DNA of 64,000 nucleotides from Callorhinchus milii. Its lineage: Eukaryota. A program made the translations under genes and the position numbers. Of the stretch, positions 24,920 to 35,965 are shown piece after piece. The stretch is from NCBI RefSeq assembly GCF_018977255.1, contig NW_024704742.1, positions 63,800,001 to 63,864,000 on the forward strand, written 5' to 3'. Position 1 is the stretch's first letter. Each line of letters begins with the position of its first letter. The notes beneath the pieces are model-generated. The model was not told the origin of the DNA and did no database searches. It worked only from the letters and a program-made list of their open reading frames with translations.

Positions 24920-25203
24920 GGATTCGTGTAGCTCAGTGGTTAGAGCTCTTGCTTTGCAAGCGAGAGACCTCGGTTCGATTCCCAGCAGGGTGAAACCTTG
25001 GGGAAGTTTCCTTACTCCACACGCCTGATAATAATCCCTCAAGAAAAAAAACAATAAATTGGTCACTTCAATCCACGACTGTTTGTGGGACATGCAATTG
25101 GCTGCCGCGTTTTGTCCACAAATTTACAGTATATTCTGTGAAAAGTTTTGAGACATTTCGAAGACATGAAAAGCGCTATATCAAATGCAGTGATTATTAT
25201 TAT
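24920..25203 (+). mobile_element. SINE family A, short variant, inserted into a CR1 fragment
   Basis: gtagctcagtggttagagc...ggttcgattcccagcagggtg...gattattatt; CR1-like sequence on both flanks (about 24685-24919 and 25210-25515). Confidence 0.9.
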
Positions 25204-25779
25204 ATTATTTATGTCTTCTGGTTCTACTGTCGGTGCATCCTAAAGTAGGATCTGAATTGACATTTTCCAATCCCATTTAATGATTTGTACGCCTCTAAAA
25301 GGGCCCCTCAGAGATGTTCTCTGTCAAGACTGAAGAGCTCTAGCTCGTCAAATTCTTCCTAATTTCTCATTCCTCATTCTTGCTCGTTGCTCTCTGCACT
25401 TTATCTAGGGCCTCCGGGACCTTGGGATATCCTCACTGATCTGAAAGGTAATTTGTTGTTGTTGGTTTGCTCCCCATGTCACAGTAACCAAAACTGTATG
25501 CAGTACTCTAACAGGATGGCATCTGTGAAGATCTAAACTCAACTGATTTAGCAATATAGACCAGTAACCCATTTGCCTTGTTTATTGCTGTCTCACACTG
25601 TTTTGACAGACAAGACCTTTGTTTAAAACAATAAGATGGTTTTGTGCCAATGACGTCTCAATACCATCAATTAAAGAAAGAGCATTCAAGGCAAATGCTA
25701 TAACCAGATATCTTGACCTAGCTTGGTTATATATTCGGTTTGGTCTCTTCTTGCCCCTCAGATACAGCTGCATACGTAC

Positions 25780-25998
25780 CTTTGGCATGGGTTCTCCGGT
25801 TACTTTACAAGCGATGGTTATCGGCATTCCTTCAAACAACTTGACGTGCTTTAGTTTCTTCTCAAACATGGGTACCATACCCTCTGCAGACTGTTCATCA
25901 TGCTGTACCTCATCATCCGATTCATCCACTTGGGAACGCTCCAGGCGGAACTCAATTTCGCTGATCAACCTCTGCTCAAAGGTAGAGACCTTGTATTC
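25780..25998 (-). CDS. PALLD: Palladin coding exon (EYKVSTFEQRLISEIEFRLERS...FEKKLKHVKLFEGMPITIACKVTGEPMPK), start of Ig3
   Basis: tgttgttttag|GAA TAC ... CCA AAG|gtacgt; 219 nt, phase 0-0. Confidence 0.97.
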
Positions 25999-27343
25999 CT
26001 AAAACAACAGCAAGACAAAAAAAAGGATACACTTAGTTGCCTGGCCAACAGTCTCAGGCACACCTGTTGCCGAGATTTGCCCAAATTTGTTTTTAAAATG
26101 AATGAGGAGGAAGAACTTTTAACAGAATAAATCAGGGTTCAGGTGACAACCATTTCAAATTTTACTTTTATGATTTAAGGTATCTGAACCCTCTGACTGT
26201 GGTTACTGAAATACAATCCTTCCAATGTGTCCCATTAGTAGCCTTTGATAATCTAACGCCACTTACTATTTTTGACATTTTGAGCACTTTGAATTGTTTG
26301 CAACATCCTCCCCTCCTGATAGCTGATTGAAAAGAAACTTCACCCAATCAGTTACATTTACAAGCAGATACTCATTTCCATATCCTGATCTATTTACCAG
26401 CGCCTTTGGGGGATGTCAGAGGACCGAACAGGATGATTAATTAAGATCAACTCCTCTCTAACTCTAGAATGGTGGAACAGGTTCGAGAAGCTGAACGGCC
26501 TACTCCTGTTCCTATGTAAATAGTGACTAGCACGGTAATTAAGAGCCTGAAAGGCCTGTCCAAAGGGTGAAACCTTATATGAACGTTGATATATTGGCTG
26601 CTTCAGAGCTTCACTGCAGCAGCTACATCTGTCTACTTGAACCCAAATCCACGTCTCTTCCCAATCCCTTAAAATGTTATTTTCCAGTCTTGTTAAAAAA
26701 AATCACACTGTGAAAAAGGGTAACTACAGTATATGCAGATACTGAGAGAAAAAGACGGTGAAAATTCATTTGCGAATGGTTTGTGTTACTGAATATTACT
26801 GATGTGAATTACCACACAGCAGGTGAAGGTTGCTGTTCTTGATAATTTATCAGCTGTTGCACAGGTGTGAATTCCACCTCCCTCTCAACTCAGTGACGAG
26901 ACTTGGGCCTGAATTCAGTTTGCAATTCGCACTTGAATTTGCTGGCTCACAATTGCATGTTGGTGGGAAAGCTGGCTTCACTCTCACTTTAGTGAGTTAT
27001 GCCAGTATCTCACTCGCTGACACATCGTACAGATACAACATTTCTGCAGACTTTTAGGCCACAATCAATAAATCAAGAAATCAACTGGTCCCAATTTGCC
27101 AGCCTTGTGAGTTTGCAATTTTTCACCCCGATTCTTTCCTCAGTCTCAGCATGAAATCGTAACTTAAGCAAAGTGCAACACCACTCAGACCAAAAAAAAT
27201 CACATCTGGTGCTCCTTCCACACAGCAGTCCTGAAACATTGAGTGAGAGGTGCAGGAAGGTAGATATTGGTTAGTGGTTTCAGTATGAATACCAAGGGCG
27301 GAGGGGTAAGAACCAAATACTATGAGAGTGAAAGTTAAGCCAC

Positions 27344-27406
27344 CTTCAGAACAAACTTTTGAGTAACCTCAGAACAGCTTTCAGATGGTTTAATGCATTC
27401 TAGGTC
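27344..27406 (-). CDS. PALLD: Candidate alternative cassette exon of palladin (DLECIKPSESCSEVTQKFVLK)
   Basis: ctatttctgcatttacag|GAC ... CTG AAG|gtggct; 63 nt, phase 0-0, no stop. Lies in the intron where mammalian palladin has an optional short insert (D...QK, recalled). Donor is weak; an in-frame alternative donor GAG|gttact follows codon 13. Confidence 0.45.
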
Positions 27407-28053
27407 CTGTAAATGCAGAAATAGATTACTGTTACACAGGAGGACGGCTGATTGGCTGCTTCACTGGTTATTCTCAGCAAAGGTTCACATTTCTCCTCTC
27501 CCAGTCTCAAAATCTACATATTGTTCACTAACGTATTGGTATCAGCAGAGATACCCTCCCTCCCCTGCCCCCCCACCGTCCTGGCCAACAATCCCCCAGA
27601 TAATATTGGCCACTCACTTCATGGTTATTTATAGGACACTGCTGTGCAGAGGGGGGAAGGAGAATGACCAAAGGCACAGTCGAAGAGGAGGGTCTCGAGA
27701 CGGGTCTTGAAGGAGGAAAGGGAGGGGGAAATACAGAACTGATACAGCATTCAGGTGATCGGAGTCAAGCCCTTCCCAATAACATGTCAAAAAACTTTTA
27801 AAGTGACTTCTCAAGTCAATCATGAAACAAATGCCTATCAAGAAATGCAACTTTTCTTGCACGTGCACATAATTTTGTTTCGGCAGCTTCCAGAGGGAAT
27901 GTGGGCAATAAAACTTATTACATTACTATCTTGGCCACATTACTGCAAGGTATCTGGCATTGGGGTGGGTCAGATCAGATCACATGAACCTTCTCCTCCC
28001 TACCATTTGCTCCACAGAAGCACTTCACGTAAAAGGCAAGTGAAAGCTCCAAA

Positions 28054-28500
28054 TAATAATATATAATCTTTGCATTTGATATGGTGCTTTTCACGTCTTC
28101 TAGACAACAACAGCAACTTGCATTTATGTAGCATCCTCCACGCTGGTCAGTGTCTCAGAGCGCTTAACAATGGCCTTAACAAGGCCAAGTCAGGGGGAAG
28201 GGGAAGACGACACTAGACGCGGTCCCTGTGTAGACGTCTCAAAGCGCTTCACAGAATATACTGTAAAGTGAATTGACTGTATATTTGTGGGCGAAATGCC
28301 ACAGCTAATTGCGCGCAGCAGTGACCCACAAACAGTTGTGGATTGAGTGGCTAAATTATTATTAATATTATTATTTTTTGAGGGATTATTATCAGGCGTG
28401 TGGAGTAAGGAAACTTGCCTAAGGTTTCACCCTGCCTGGAATTGAACCCAGGTCTCTCACTTGCAAGGCGAGTGCTCTAACCACTGACCTACAGGACTCC
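28054..28500 (-). mobile_element. SINE family A, short variant, with nested L2-type 3' fragment (28106-28230)
   Basis: Insert flanked by TAGAC duplication (28101-28105 and 28231-28235). Confidence 0.88.
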
Positions 28501-28913
28501 TGATATCTGCAATACAAGATTGGTTTGAATGAACAAGACCCTTCAGCCCATCTGATCTCATCCCTCCAGAACACACACACTACCATTCCTGTCTAACACA
28601 GCATCAAACTGCTTTTTAAATGAATCCAGTATCCTGGCCTCCACCATATTTCCAGGCTACCTGTTCCAGTTGTTGATTATCCTCTGCATAAAGAAAAATA
28701 ATCCTGGGGTCTGTCCTGAAATTGTCCTTACAACTCTAAACCTATGTTGCTGTGCTTACGGTCATCTCTTCTCTTCCCCAGGCTCGGCGTTAGGCACCAC
28801 CACTGTTAATCGGTCCGAGATGCTGCCCTGCATGAAGGGTGCTATATATATGCAAGTAGTTATGCCCCGTTATTCTACTGTCTTGTCATAACAGCGCCAA
28901 ACCAGTCTCACAC

Positions 28914-29015
28914 CTGTGCTACAGGCTCCTCTTCGGTCTCTTGACAGCTAAAGACCGTGGCAGCACTGTCTGCTCCCAACAGCCTACGGGCCATCTTTTC
29001 TTCATAGGTCAACTT
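28914..29015 (-). CDS. PALLD: Palladin coding exon (KLTYEEKMARRLLGADSAATVFSCQETEEEPVAQ)
   Basis: tgttttccag|AAG TTG ... GCA CAG|gtgtga; 102 nt, phase 0-0; matches RLTYEERMARRLLGADSATVF. Confidence 0.95.
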
Positions 29016-29344
29016 CTGGAAAACAATGGGGAAAAAAAATCAGCTGGAGACAAAATGTACAGTAAATGGGTAAATGGATCTCATTCATTAAGTAGAGCTG
29101 CCAATCAACAACAACACGCATTTATATAGTGCCCTGCACACAGGGTAACACCCCAGAGCGCATAACAGTGTCTGGGGGCTCCCTGTACCTGGGGGTGGGG
29201 TGGGGGGGACAACAATCTCAATGGCTAAGGTATTGTATTTAGTTACATGCACAGGCCTATTAAAGATCAACTCCTACTCCCACCACCCCCCACCCACCCC
29301 ATGGAACCTGGAGTTTGAGATACCAGCACGTCTCTGTGCTAGAC

Positions 29345-29760
29345 CATAGGAACAGGAGTAGGCCATTCAACCCCTCGAGCCTGATCTGCATTCTATTAGA
29401 TCATGACTGATCTGTTCCTCAACTCCATTTACCCACCTTTACTCCATATCTCGTGATACCCTTACGTAACAAAGATCTATCCACCTCATTCTTGAAAATC
29501 TGAATCGATCCAGAAATTGTCTAAAAGAGAATTGAGGAGGAACTACTTCACACAGAGGGTAGTGAGATTGTGGAACTTGCTGCCTGAAGCGGTGGTTGAA
29601 TCACATATTATAGATGCATTCAAGAGGAAGCAAGACCTTCACAGGAGGGAAAGGGATGGGTATGGGAATGAATAAGGACTGGGTGGAGCATAAACACTGG
29701 TGCAGAGGGTTTGGGCCGAATAGTTTGTTTCTGTACTGTACATTCTTTGTAATCTTGTAA
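29345..29760. mobile_element. Two back-to-back CR1 3' fragments (29345-29512 minus; about 29520-29760 plus)
   Basis: cataggaacaggagtaggccattc...; ttcacacagagggtagtgagattgtggaac...gggccgaatag. Confidence 0.8.
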
Positions 29761-29769
29761 CTGTACATT

Positions 29770-30025
29770 AGTCTGCCTGGCTCAGTGGGTAGCACTCTCG
29801 TCTTCCGAGTCAGAAGATTGTGGATTCAAGTCCTCGCTGGGAATCTGAACACAGAATAAGCAGACACTCCAGTGTATTGTTGGCAGTGCTGCCCTTTAAA
29901 TGAGATGTTAAACTGAAGTGCTGGCTGCCTGTTTAGGTGGATGTTAAAGATCCCATGGCACTATTCGAAAGGAGAAGGGATTTTTTCCTGGTGTCTTATC
30001 CAACAATCTCCCCAAATAAAATTAA
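29770..30025 (+). mobile_element. SINE family B, 5' half
   Basis: gcctggctcagtgggtagcactctcg...gagtcagaagattgtggattcaagtcc...gatcccatggcactattcgaa. Confidence 0.8.
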
Positions 30026-30116
30026 TCAGAAGCAAGAGTCCTGCCAACTGAGCCAGGCTGATATGAGTAGATTTACTTTAGAGTGTACTTGTGTAACTGT
30101 ACTTTGTAAGCAATAC

Positions 30117-30255
30117 CTGTCCATTGCTTAAACGGTCATCTTTAAAGCGAAGCTTCCTCTCCAAGTCCTGAATAACAGCGTTCTTTGTCCCTTGAATTTC
30201 TTCATCTGTTGCAAGTCGACCAGCCCTAGTCTGTTTCTTCAGGCTTTGAGGAGTT
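30117..30255 (-). CDS. PALLD: Palladin coding exon (TPQSLKKQTRAGRLATDEEIQGTKNAVIQDLERKLRFKDDRLSNGQ), alpha-actinin-binding region
   Basis: ttctctcttcacag|A ACT ... GGA CAG|gtattg; 139 nt, phase 2-0; matches palladin SDEEIQGTKDAVIQDLERKLRFKED. Absent from the ORF track. Confidence 0.95.
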
Positions 30256-31056
30256 CTGTGAAGAGAGAAAGATTATTTTAGAAGAAAAATGGCGAACTAG
30301 TTGGTACATGGAATACAGAGCCGGTCAGGTTAGTTTCTTTTCAGGGGCCAAAATACCTTCGCTTTTCCAAAAATTACTTTTCACATGCTGGTGTTCAAAT
30401 AAGACAAAAACACAGCTAGATAACTGAACAGAGCAAATTAAGGAAAGGATTGAAAGAGCACACAAATGCTCACGTGTGCCACAGATATAATAAAATAATA
30501 ATCCTTTCATTTAAGATTGTGTCTTATTACGTAACGCTGAGATGTCGCAAAGCAATTCACAGAATATATATTATAAAGTGAATAGACTTATATTTTGTGG
30601 GTGAATGGTAAGCAATTATTGAATATGTTAAGAAACATCCCATCTTCCAGTAGATGACCGTTACATGATTGACTGCAGGTGTGGAGTTCCCCCTCTCCCA
30701 ACTTTGGCACAATGGTTGGTCAGACCAGCCAGACATTATTGCCGGTAACATCATGGGTGGAGTTAGGCCATTAAATGACAGTGAAACACCACACTCTATG
30801 GACAGCAGCAATGGTGTCACCAAATCCTCTAACTGTCATCTGGACTGACTGCTGAATTGAAGGGAAGAGGGAAAAAAGAAGAAAGAAAGAGAGTGCTGCC
30901 TCCGCTCGCTGCCTCCGCTCAGCTGGCTCCGGCTTCCTGTTTGTCCCCCGTCCCTCCGTTCCATCATTGGGGACCATGCCCTTAACCACAACACCCGGAA
31001 ACTCTGGAACTCTCTTCCTCAATGCCTCTGCCTTGCCCCCTCCCTCCCCACTTCCA

Positions 31057-31486
31057 AATAATAATAATCCTTGCATTTGATATTGTGCACTGAAATGACG
31101 CCCGGTGTGGAGGGCGCTATGCAAATGTATGTTGTTGTAGCGCTTTTCACGTCTTCTCGACGTCGCAAAGCGCTTCACAGAATATACTGTAAAGTGAATT
31201 GACTGTATATTTGTGGGCGAAACACGGTAGACAATTGCGTACAGCAGTGTCCCACAAACAGTCATGGATTGAAGTGACTAAATTTATTGTTGTTGCTTTT
31301 CTTGAGGGATTATTATCCCAGGAAATGCGATCCGCCAATCGACTAACAACCAGTTCCTACCTACTGCTAGGTAAGTACAGGCATGTGGAGTAACGAAACT
31401 TGCCCAAAATTTCGCCCTGCTGGGAATAGAATCCAGGTCTCTTGCTTGCGAGGCGAGTTCCCTAAGCATCCAGCAGCAGGGCTCCA
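31057..31486 (-). mobile_element. SINE family A, long variant, with a short opposite-orientation L2-type tail inserted (about 31084-31138)
   Basis: Tail interrupted by ...ggagggcgctatgcaaatgtatgttgttg. Confidence 0.85.
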
Positions 31487-33032
31487 CAATCCCACCTAAA
31501 GACCTTCGTTTTTGATCGTGCTTATGGTCACCACCCCCCTCCCTCTCCCTCTGGCTCAGGGTCAGACTCTGCCACTGCTCTAGGACGCTACCCCTCATGA
31601 AGGACACTACATAAATGCAAGTTGTTGTTGTATGGGGGGGGGGAGGAGAATAAAGAAGAGAAAAGAGGAAGGAAAAGAAAGTTTAGCGGGCAAAATAGTA
31701 AAAGAGACAGGAAATGCTAATGTTAATAAATAGATTCAGGGTCAAAGTATCTGGGGTTTAAATGGCTTCATCAAGTAATATCCCCCCTGCCCCCCTCCCC
31801 AATTGAACACGGATCTTCACGACACTGTATTATCTAGACGATTGCCTTAGAGAAAGTGTTGTATACGTGGCAAGCAGTGGAGCCTGCTGGTGAAGCATTT
31901 TACAATATATAAAGAGGGATGCCACAGTAAAAGAAAGTCAGGAATTTAACGCAGGAGCATGGAATTGGAATAAGATGCCAGTGCCAAGTGTTAATCCTTT
32001 TTGCCACCTCAGTATAAATAACGACATAGCTGACATCTGAGCTGCGTGCCTCATTTGATGCTCTGCAGCCTGGCTGATCCTGCCCCAAGCTGGAGTTAGT
32101 TTACATAAGCGTTCAGGTCTTCACGAGAATGCGCACTGCAGAATTACAAATCAAATCATCCGCAAAGCTGAGACAGTTTATGCAAAAAAGCAATTCAGAA
32201 AAACAGATAAAATAAATGGCTCCTTCCAAGTTTTACCCATATGTATATAAAAACAAGCTGCAGGTTTACAAAAAAATATTTACCCAACAGATTCTCTGAA
32301 CACTCCTTTTGTGATTCATACTTGATTTGGCTAAGTGTTGGCTATGGATTTTGTTGCTGAAAAAAATAATTCCAGCCAACCAGGCCTTCCACGCCCCAAA
32401 GATTAAACTGAACACTTCCCACCCGACGTGAGCCAGCATTGAACATAAGAATTGCGAGACGAAAGAAGACCAAGATCCATCCAATTCGCCTTCCACCATC
32501 CTGGCAGTCTCTTGCACATGCCACGTCTCAAACTATAATCTGTATCCCAAGATATTATTTCCTAAAAAATATCTATCTAATTTGCTTTTGAAACAATCTG
32601 CTTCCACCATCTCTCTATTTACCCTCACTGAAATAGTCCTGGGTTAAACTGGTCGGTCTCGCTTGCGACATTCATCGATTTTGTGGTATTGTAGGTCTCG
32701 ATATTTACACCCCAAGTTACCGATAGTAACTTGCTTTCTCTTCACGGCAATCCCAGGCCTCCTGCACGTCCCTCGCTCCCTCAGCCTCAATACCTGGGGC
32801 AGGGCCGTCTGCCCCACCCACCTTCCGGAACTCCCTCTCTATCTGCTGCCTGTCTGCTCTTCACCCGTGCCTGCTCAGCGTGAGTCACCATCTCTGTGAA
32901 GCATTTTGAGATGTTCTCCTACGTGAAAGGCACCATATAATGACACAAACTGTGGTTGCCAATAATCCACCAAGTTACAGTCTTTCACACACGAACCTGC
33001 AGTGATCTTAAAAAGCCTCGCGGCTTACTTAC

Positions 33033-33707
33033 ATTGCAATAGCTCCTTTTGGAAGACCCAGTGCGTTCACTGTTGCTAATGGGATGGGCTGGGAGGGCAA
33101 CATGGAGCTGAGGAAGGCTGCTGGTGATTGACTGGAGTGAGGGGATGCTCTTCCACCACCCGAGGGGGAAAAGTAGGAGGGCTGGGCTGTGGGAGACAGA
33201 AGAGGAGGGGGCGGTGGTGGCAGAGGGAAGGAATCATTAGCATAGGCAGTGAAGGGACTGAACACTGGGGGTGGTGGAAGTGGGGGAGAAGGCGAGGAGC
33301 GGTTCAGCGCTGACGCAGAGGTAAGACCATGTTGCTCAGCTTCGATGAGGTGAGGCTGTGTAAAGAGAGGCAAGGGGGCCCGGTTAAAAGATCTATGAGA
33401 GGTGGGAGGAGAGAGGGGAGAGGAGATGCTGGACCCAGAAGACCCAGAGGAAGGAGAAATGTATCCAGTAGAAGATGACGACAGGCTTTGAGCAGCTATG
33501 AACTGCTTGGGTCGGGCATAGTTGAAGGTAGTGGTCTGATGCATGGCTGAAGGGGTGTGGGAGTTCAGAACGTTCATCTGGGCAGGAGACGACAGGTTGG
33601 AGAGAGGCGAGGGTGGCGGGTAGTTAAACTGCAATTGCTGTCCTGGGGCAGCTCCCTGCTGTTCCAACAGAACCTGGTTCTGCAGCTGCTGCAGCTTCAA
33701 CGGATCA
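33033..33707 (-). CDS. PALLD: Palladin coding exon, proline-rich region (DPLKLQQLQNQ...FNYARPKQFIAAQ...FPLPPPPPPL...VNALGLPKGAIA)
   Basis: Acceptor cttccctttacag|T GAT CCG, donor GCA AT|gtaagt; 675 nt, phase 2-2. Translation carries palladin hallmarks DPLKLQQLQNQ, FNYARPKQFIAAQ, PPPPVFSP, AAFLS, VNALGLPKG. The N-terminus of ORF 33029..33862 is intron/SINE sequence. Confidence 0.96.
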
Positions 33708-33794
33708 CTGTAAAGGGAAGCAGAGATACAGCACAACGTTAATGTTAAATGGTCTCCACTTCTGCAGAGAGATTTCAGACCAGAGAAGATTTTA

Positions 33795-33899
33795 TAATAA
33801 TAATAATCCTTGCATTTGATGTAGCGCTTTTCACATCTTCTGGACGTCTCAAAGCGCTTCACAGAATAGACTGTAAAGTGAATTGACTGTATATTTTGT
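33795..33899 (-). mobile_element. SINE 3' fragment about 90 nt upstream of the proline-rich exon acceptor
   Basis: ataataataataatccttgcatttgatgtagcgc...gaattgactgtata. Confidence 0.8.
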
Positions 33900-35627
33900 T
33901 CTATAAGTGGGCTTCACATACGTTGCAAAGATATTTTAGATTTATATCTTGGATTTTCAAAAGAAAACAAGGTTGGTGATTTAGAATTACATTTTTTAAA
34001 ATCAAAATTCTAGTGAAAAGGTTTCCGACTGCAGCAACAGGCCAGCAACTACAAGCCCATCATTCAGTGACTGATCCTGTGCATCAACATCATCACCAAC
34101 GATGCATGAATCAACCCATTTTTCCCCCTACTCCTCCATTGCTGTGATCAATGAGGTTAAATTACACAAACACAAGCAGCCCGAGGCTGCAATACTGTGA
34201 CAGAGACGGAGGTGTTCAAATTAAATGCTGGTAAACAGAACACTTCAGATCCTACGCCCTAAACTTCTATTCTGCTATCTTCACCCTCTCCCCATTCACT
34301 GTCTTTACATCATGCCTGAAAACCCACCCCTTGACCACAACTATGGTGGTTGAACCACCCCTTGCTCGGTGTCCGGCCCCCAATCTTTGTAAAGCGCTCT
34401 GAAACATGACCCAATGTGGAGGTGCACTATATACTGTAAATGCAAGTTGTTTTAGTACTCTTGGTAACATATTGTGAGCATTTCGTAGTTTAACGCATAG
34501 CAGCTTAACACAATGCATCCTAACAGAATAAACTCGAGCAATATGAAATTCTCAATACTACAAACTCGTAATCTACGGAGGTTTCTTTCTCCCCCTCTCT
34601 CTTTTTCTGGCTAACATTCCCTAGATAAAACTGATCTTTCACTTCATGGCTTTCTGTGTGACATAGCCGCAAATTGGCTGCCTACAAAGAATTCACATTC
34701 GCTACAGGCTGCAGTAAATCCTGTGATGCGCCTTTGAGATGTCTCAACAACATAATATCAAATGCAAGATTATTAATTATTGTTTTTTGTGGCATGAGAC
34801 ATTTAGTGGAACAAATAATCCCTTAGCCCAGTGTGGTGCCTAAATAGTTCTAAGCACTTTGACGCTTACATTTTAGAACAAACTGCCCAAGAATACAAAA
34901 ATCCCTAGTTATTCTAACCCAGGGTGAAACTCAAATCTGTAGGTCTGATATTATCAGCTCAACTGTCCTCTATTGTTTAAGAAACCTATGAAAGGGTTAA
35001 TGAGCAGTGGCTAATCTCACTGAGTAACTTTCACCAAGATGTGAGATTTCCAGGAATTAATGATCTTCCAGTAACTCATTGCATTAGAAAATAATAGGGC
35101 AACAACTTGACACCGAGCATAGAGATTCCACAATTTCCTTACGTTACACAAAAAGAACTGGAGGAAAAGTGAAGCTTTACAGATTTACATCAATTCGAAA
35201 GGCAATTTTCTGACTGGACTCCCTCTCTCTTTTCCCCGCAGTAAAGCAGGTACATTCCATCCCGTTAATCCATCTGCTCTTAAAGATTAGCCTTCTCTTT
35301 GTGAAACCCCTGACATCAGCAGCTTTTGCCTTCAGTCAGTGGAATTCAAGAATGCTCCGCATTTTTGGACTGGTTCCAAAAATTGCTACAAAAAGTTTTT
35401 TGAGGGGTCAAAGGGTTAATGCATCTCGTCCAAAGCAGGAGCACTGTAGGCTTTTGGTCACACTCCTGTTGTACAAATGTTTGCACATGAATCTGAACAG
35501 ATGTAACCGTCAAGGTTACATTCCCAACTTGGTGGTTTGATTTATCAGCTGGGCCAGTCTAGGAATGCAGTCAGGCAGCACCTTGACCCCTTGACTCAGA
35601 TAAAGCACAGAAATGGGTGCTAAGAGA

Positions 35628-35965
35628 CTTTTTGGTCAGCCAGGTCTCTGACACATGCAGAAACCCATCACCACGCTTAAGAGTATCCAAACCAAGCTGA
35701 GAATTCCCTGCATCCCACCTACACATGGAAATCCCAGTGATAGATTGTTGGAATGGAATGCGCACTCTCTCCCTGGAAGGACACATCCCGCTTACCTAAT
35801 TCCAGAAAGTATTAAGCGCTGATTGGCAAGAGCCAAGGCTTGGGGATCCCAGAGTGTGTGTTGGGGTACTGCTGGAGTCTAACCAGGTAAAACCGCACAG
35901 CTTGCCATTGATATTGCTGTCTGGCAAGCTTTCCTGCTGCTTGTCCAGCTGGGACCACCCTACCT
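35628..35965 (-). mobile_element. Family C repeat, 5'-truncated
   Basis: tttttggtcagccaggtctctgacacatg...gtatccaaacc...tggcaagctttcctgctgcttgtccagctgggaccaccctac. Confidence 0.8.

Noticed and set aside
24920..25000. tRNA-Ala(TGC) gene(s)
   Set aside because: Always fused to the SINE body and tail, with copy-specific mutations; these are SINE heads.
33708..33862. N-terminal extension of the 277-aa ORF (MKRFETSRR...)
   Set aside because: Upstream of the splice acceptor and derived from a SINE tail; open by chance.
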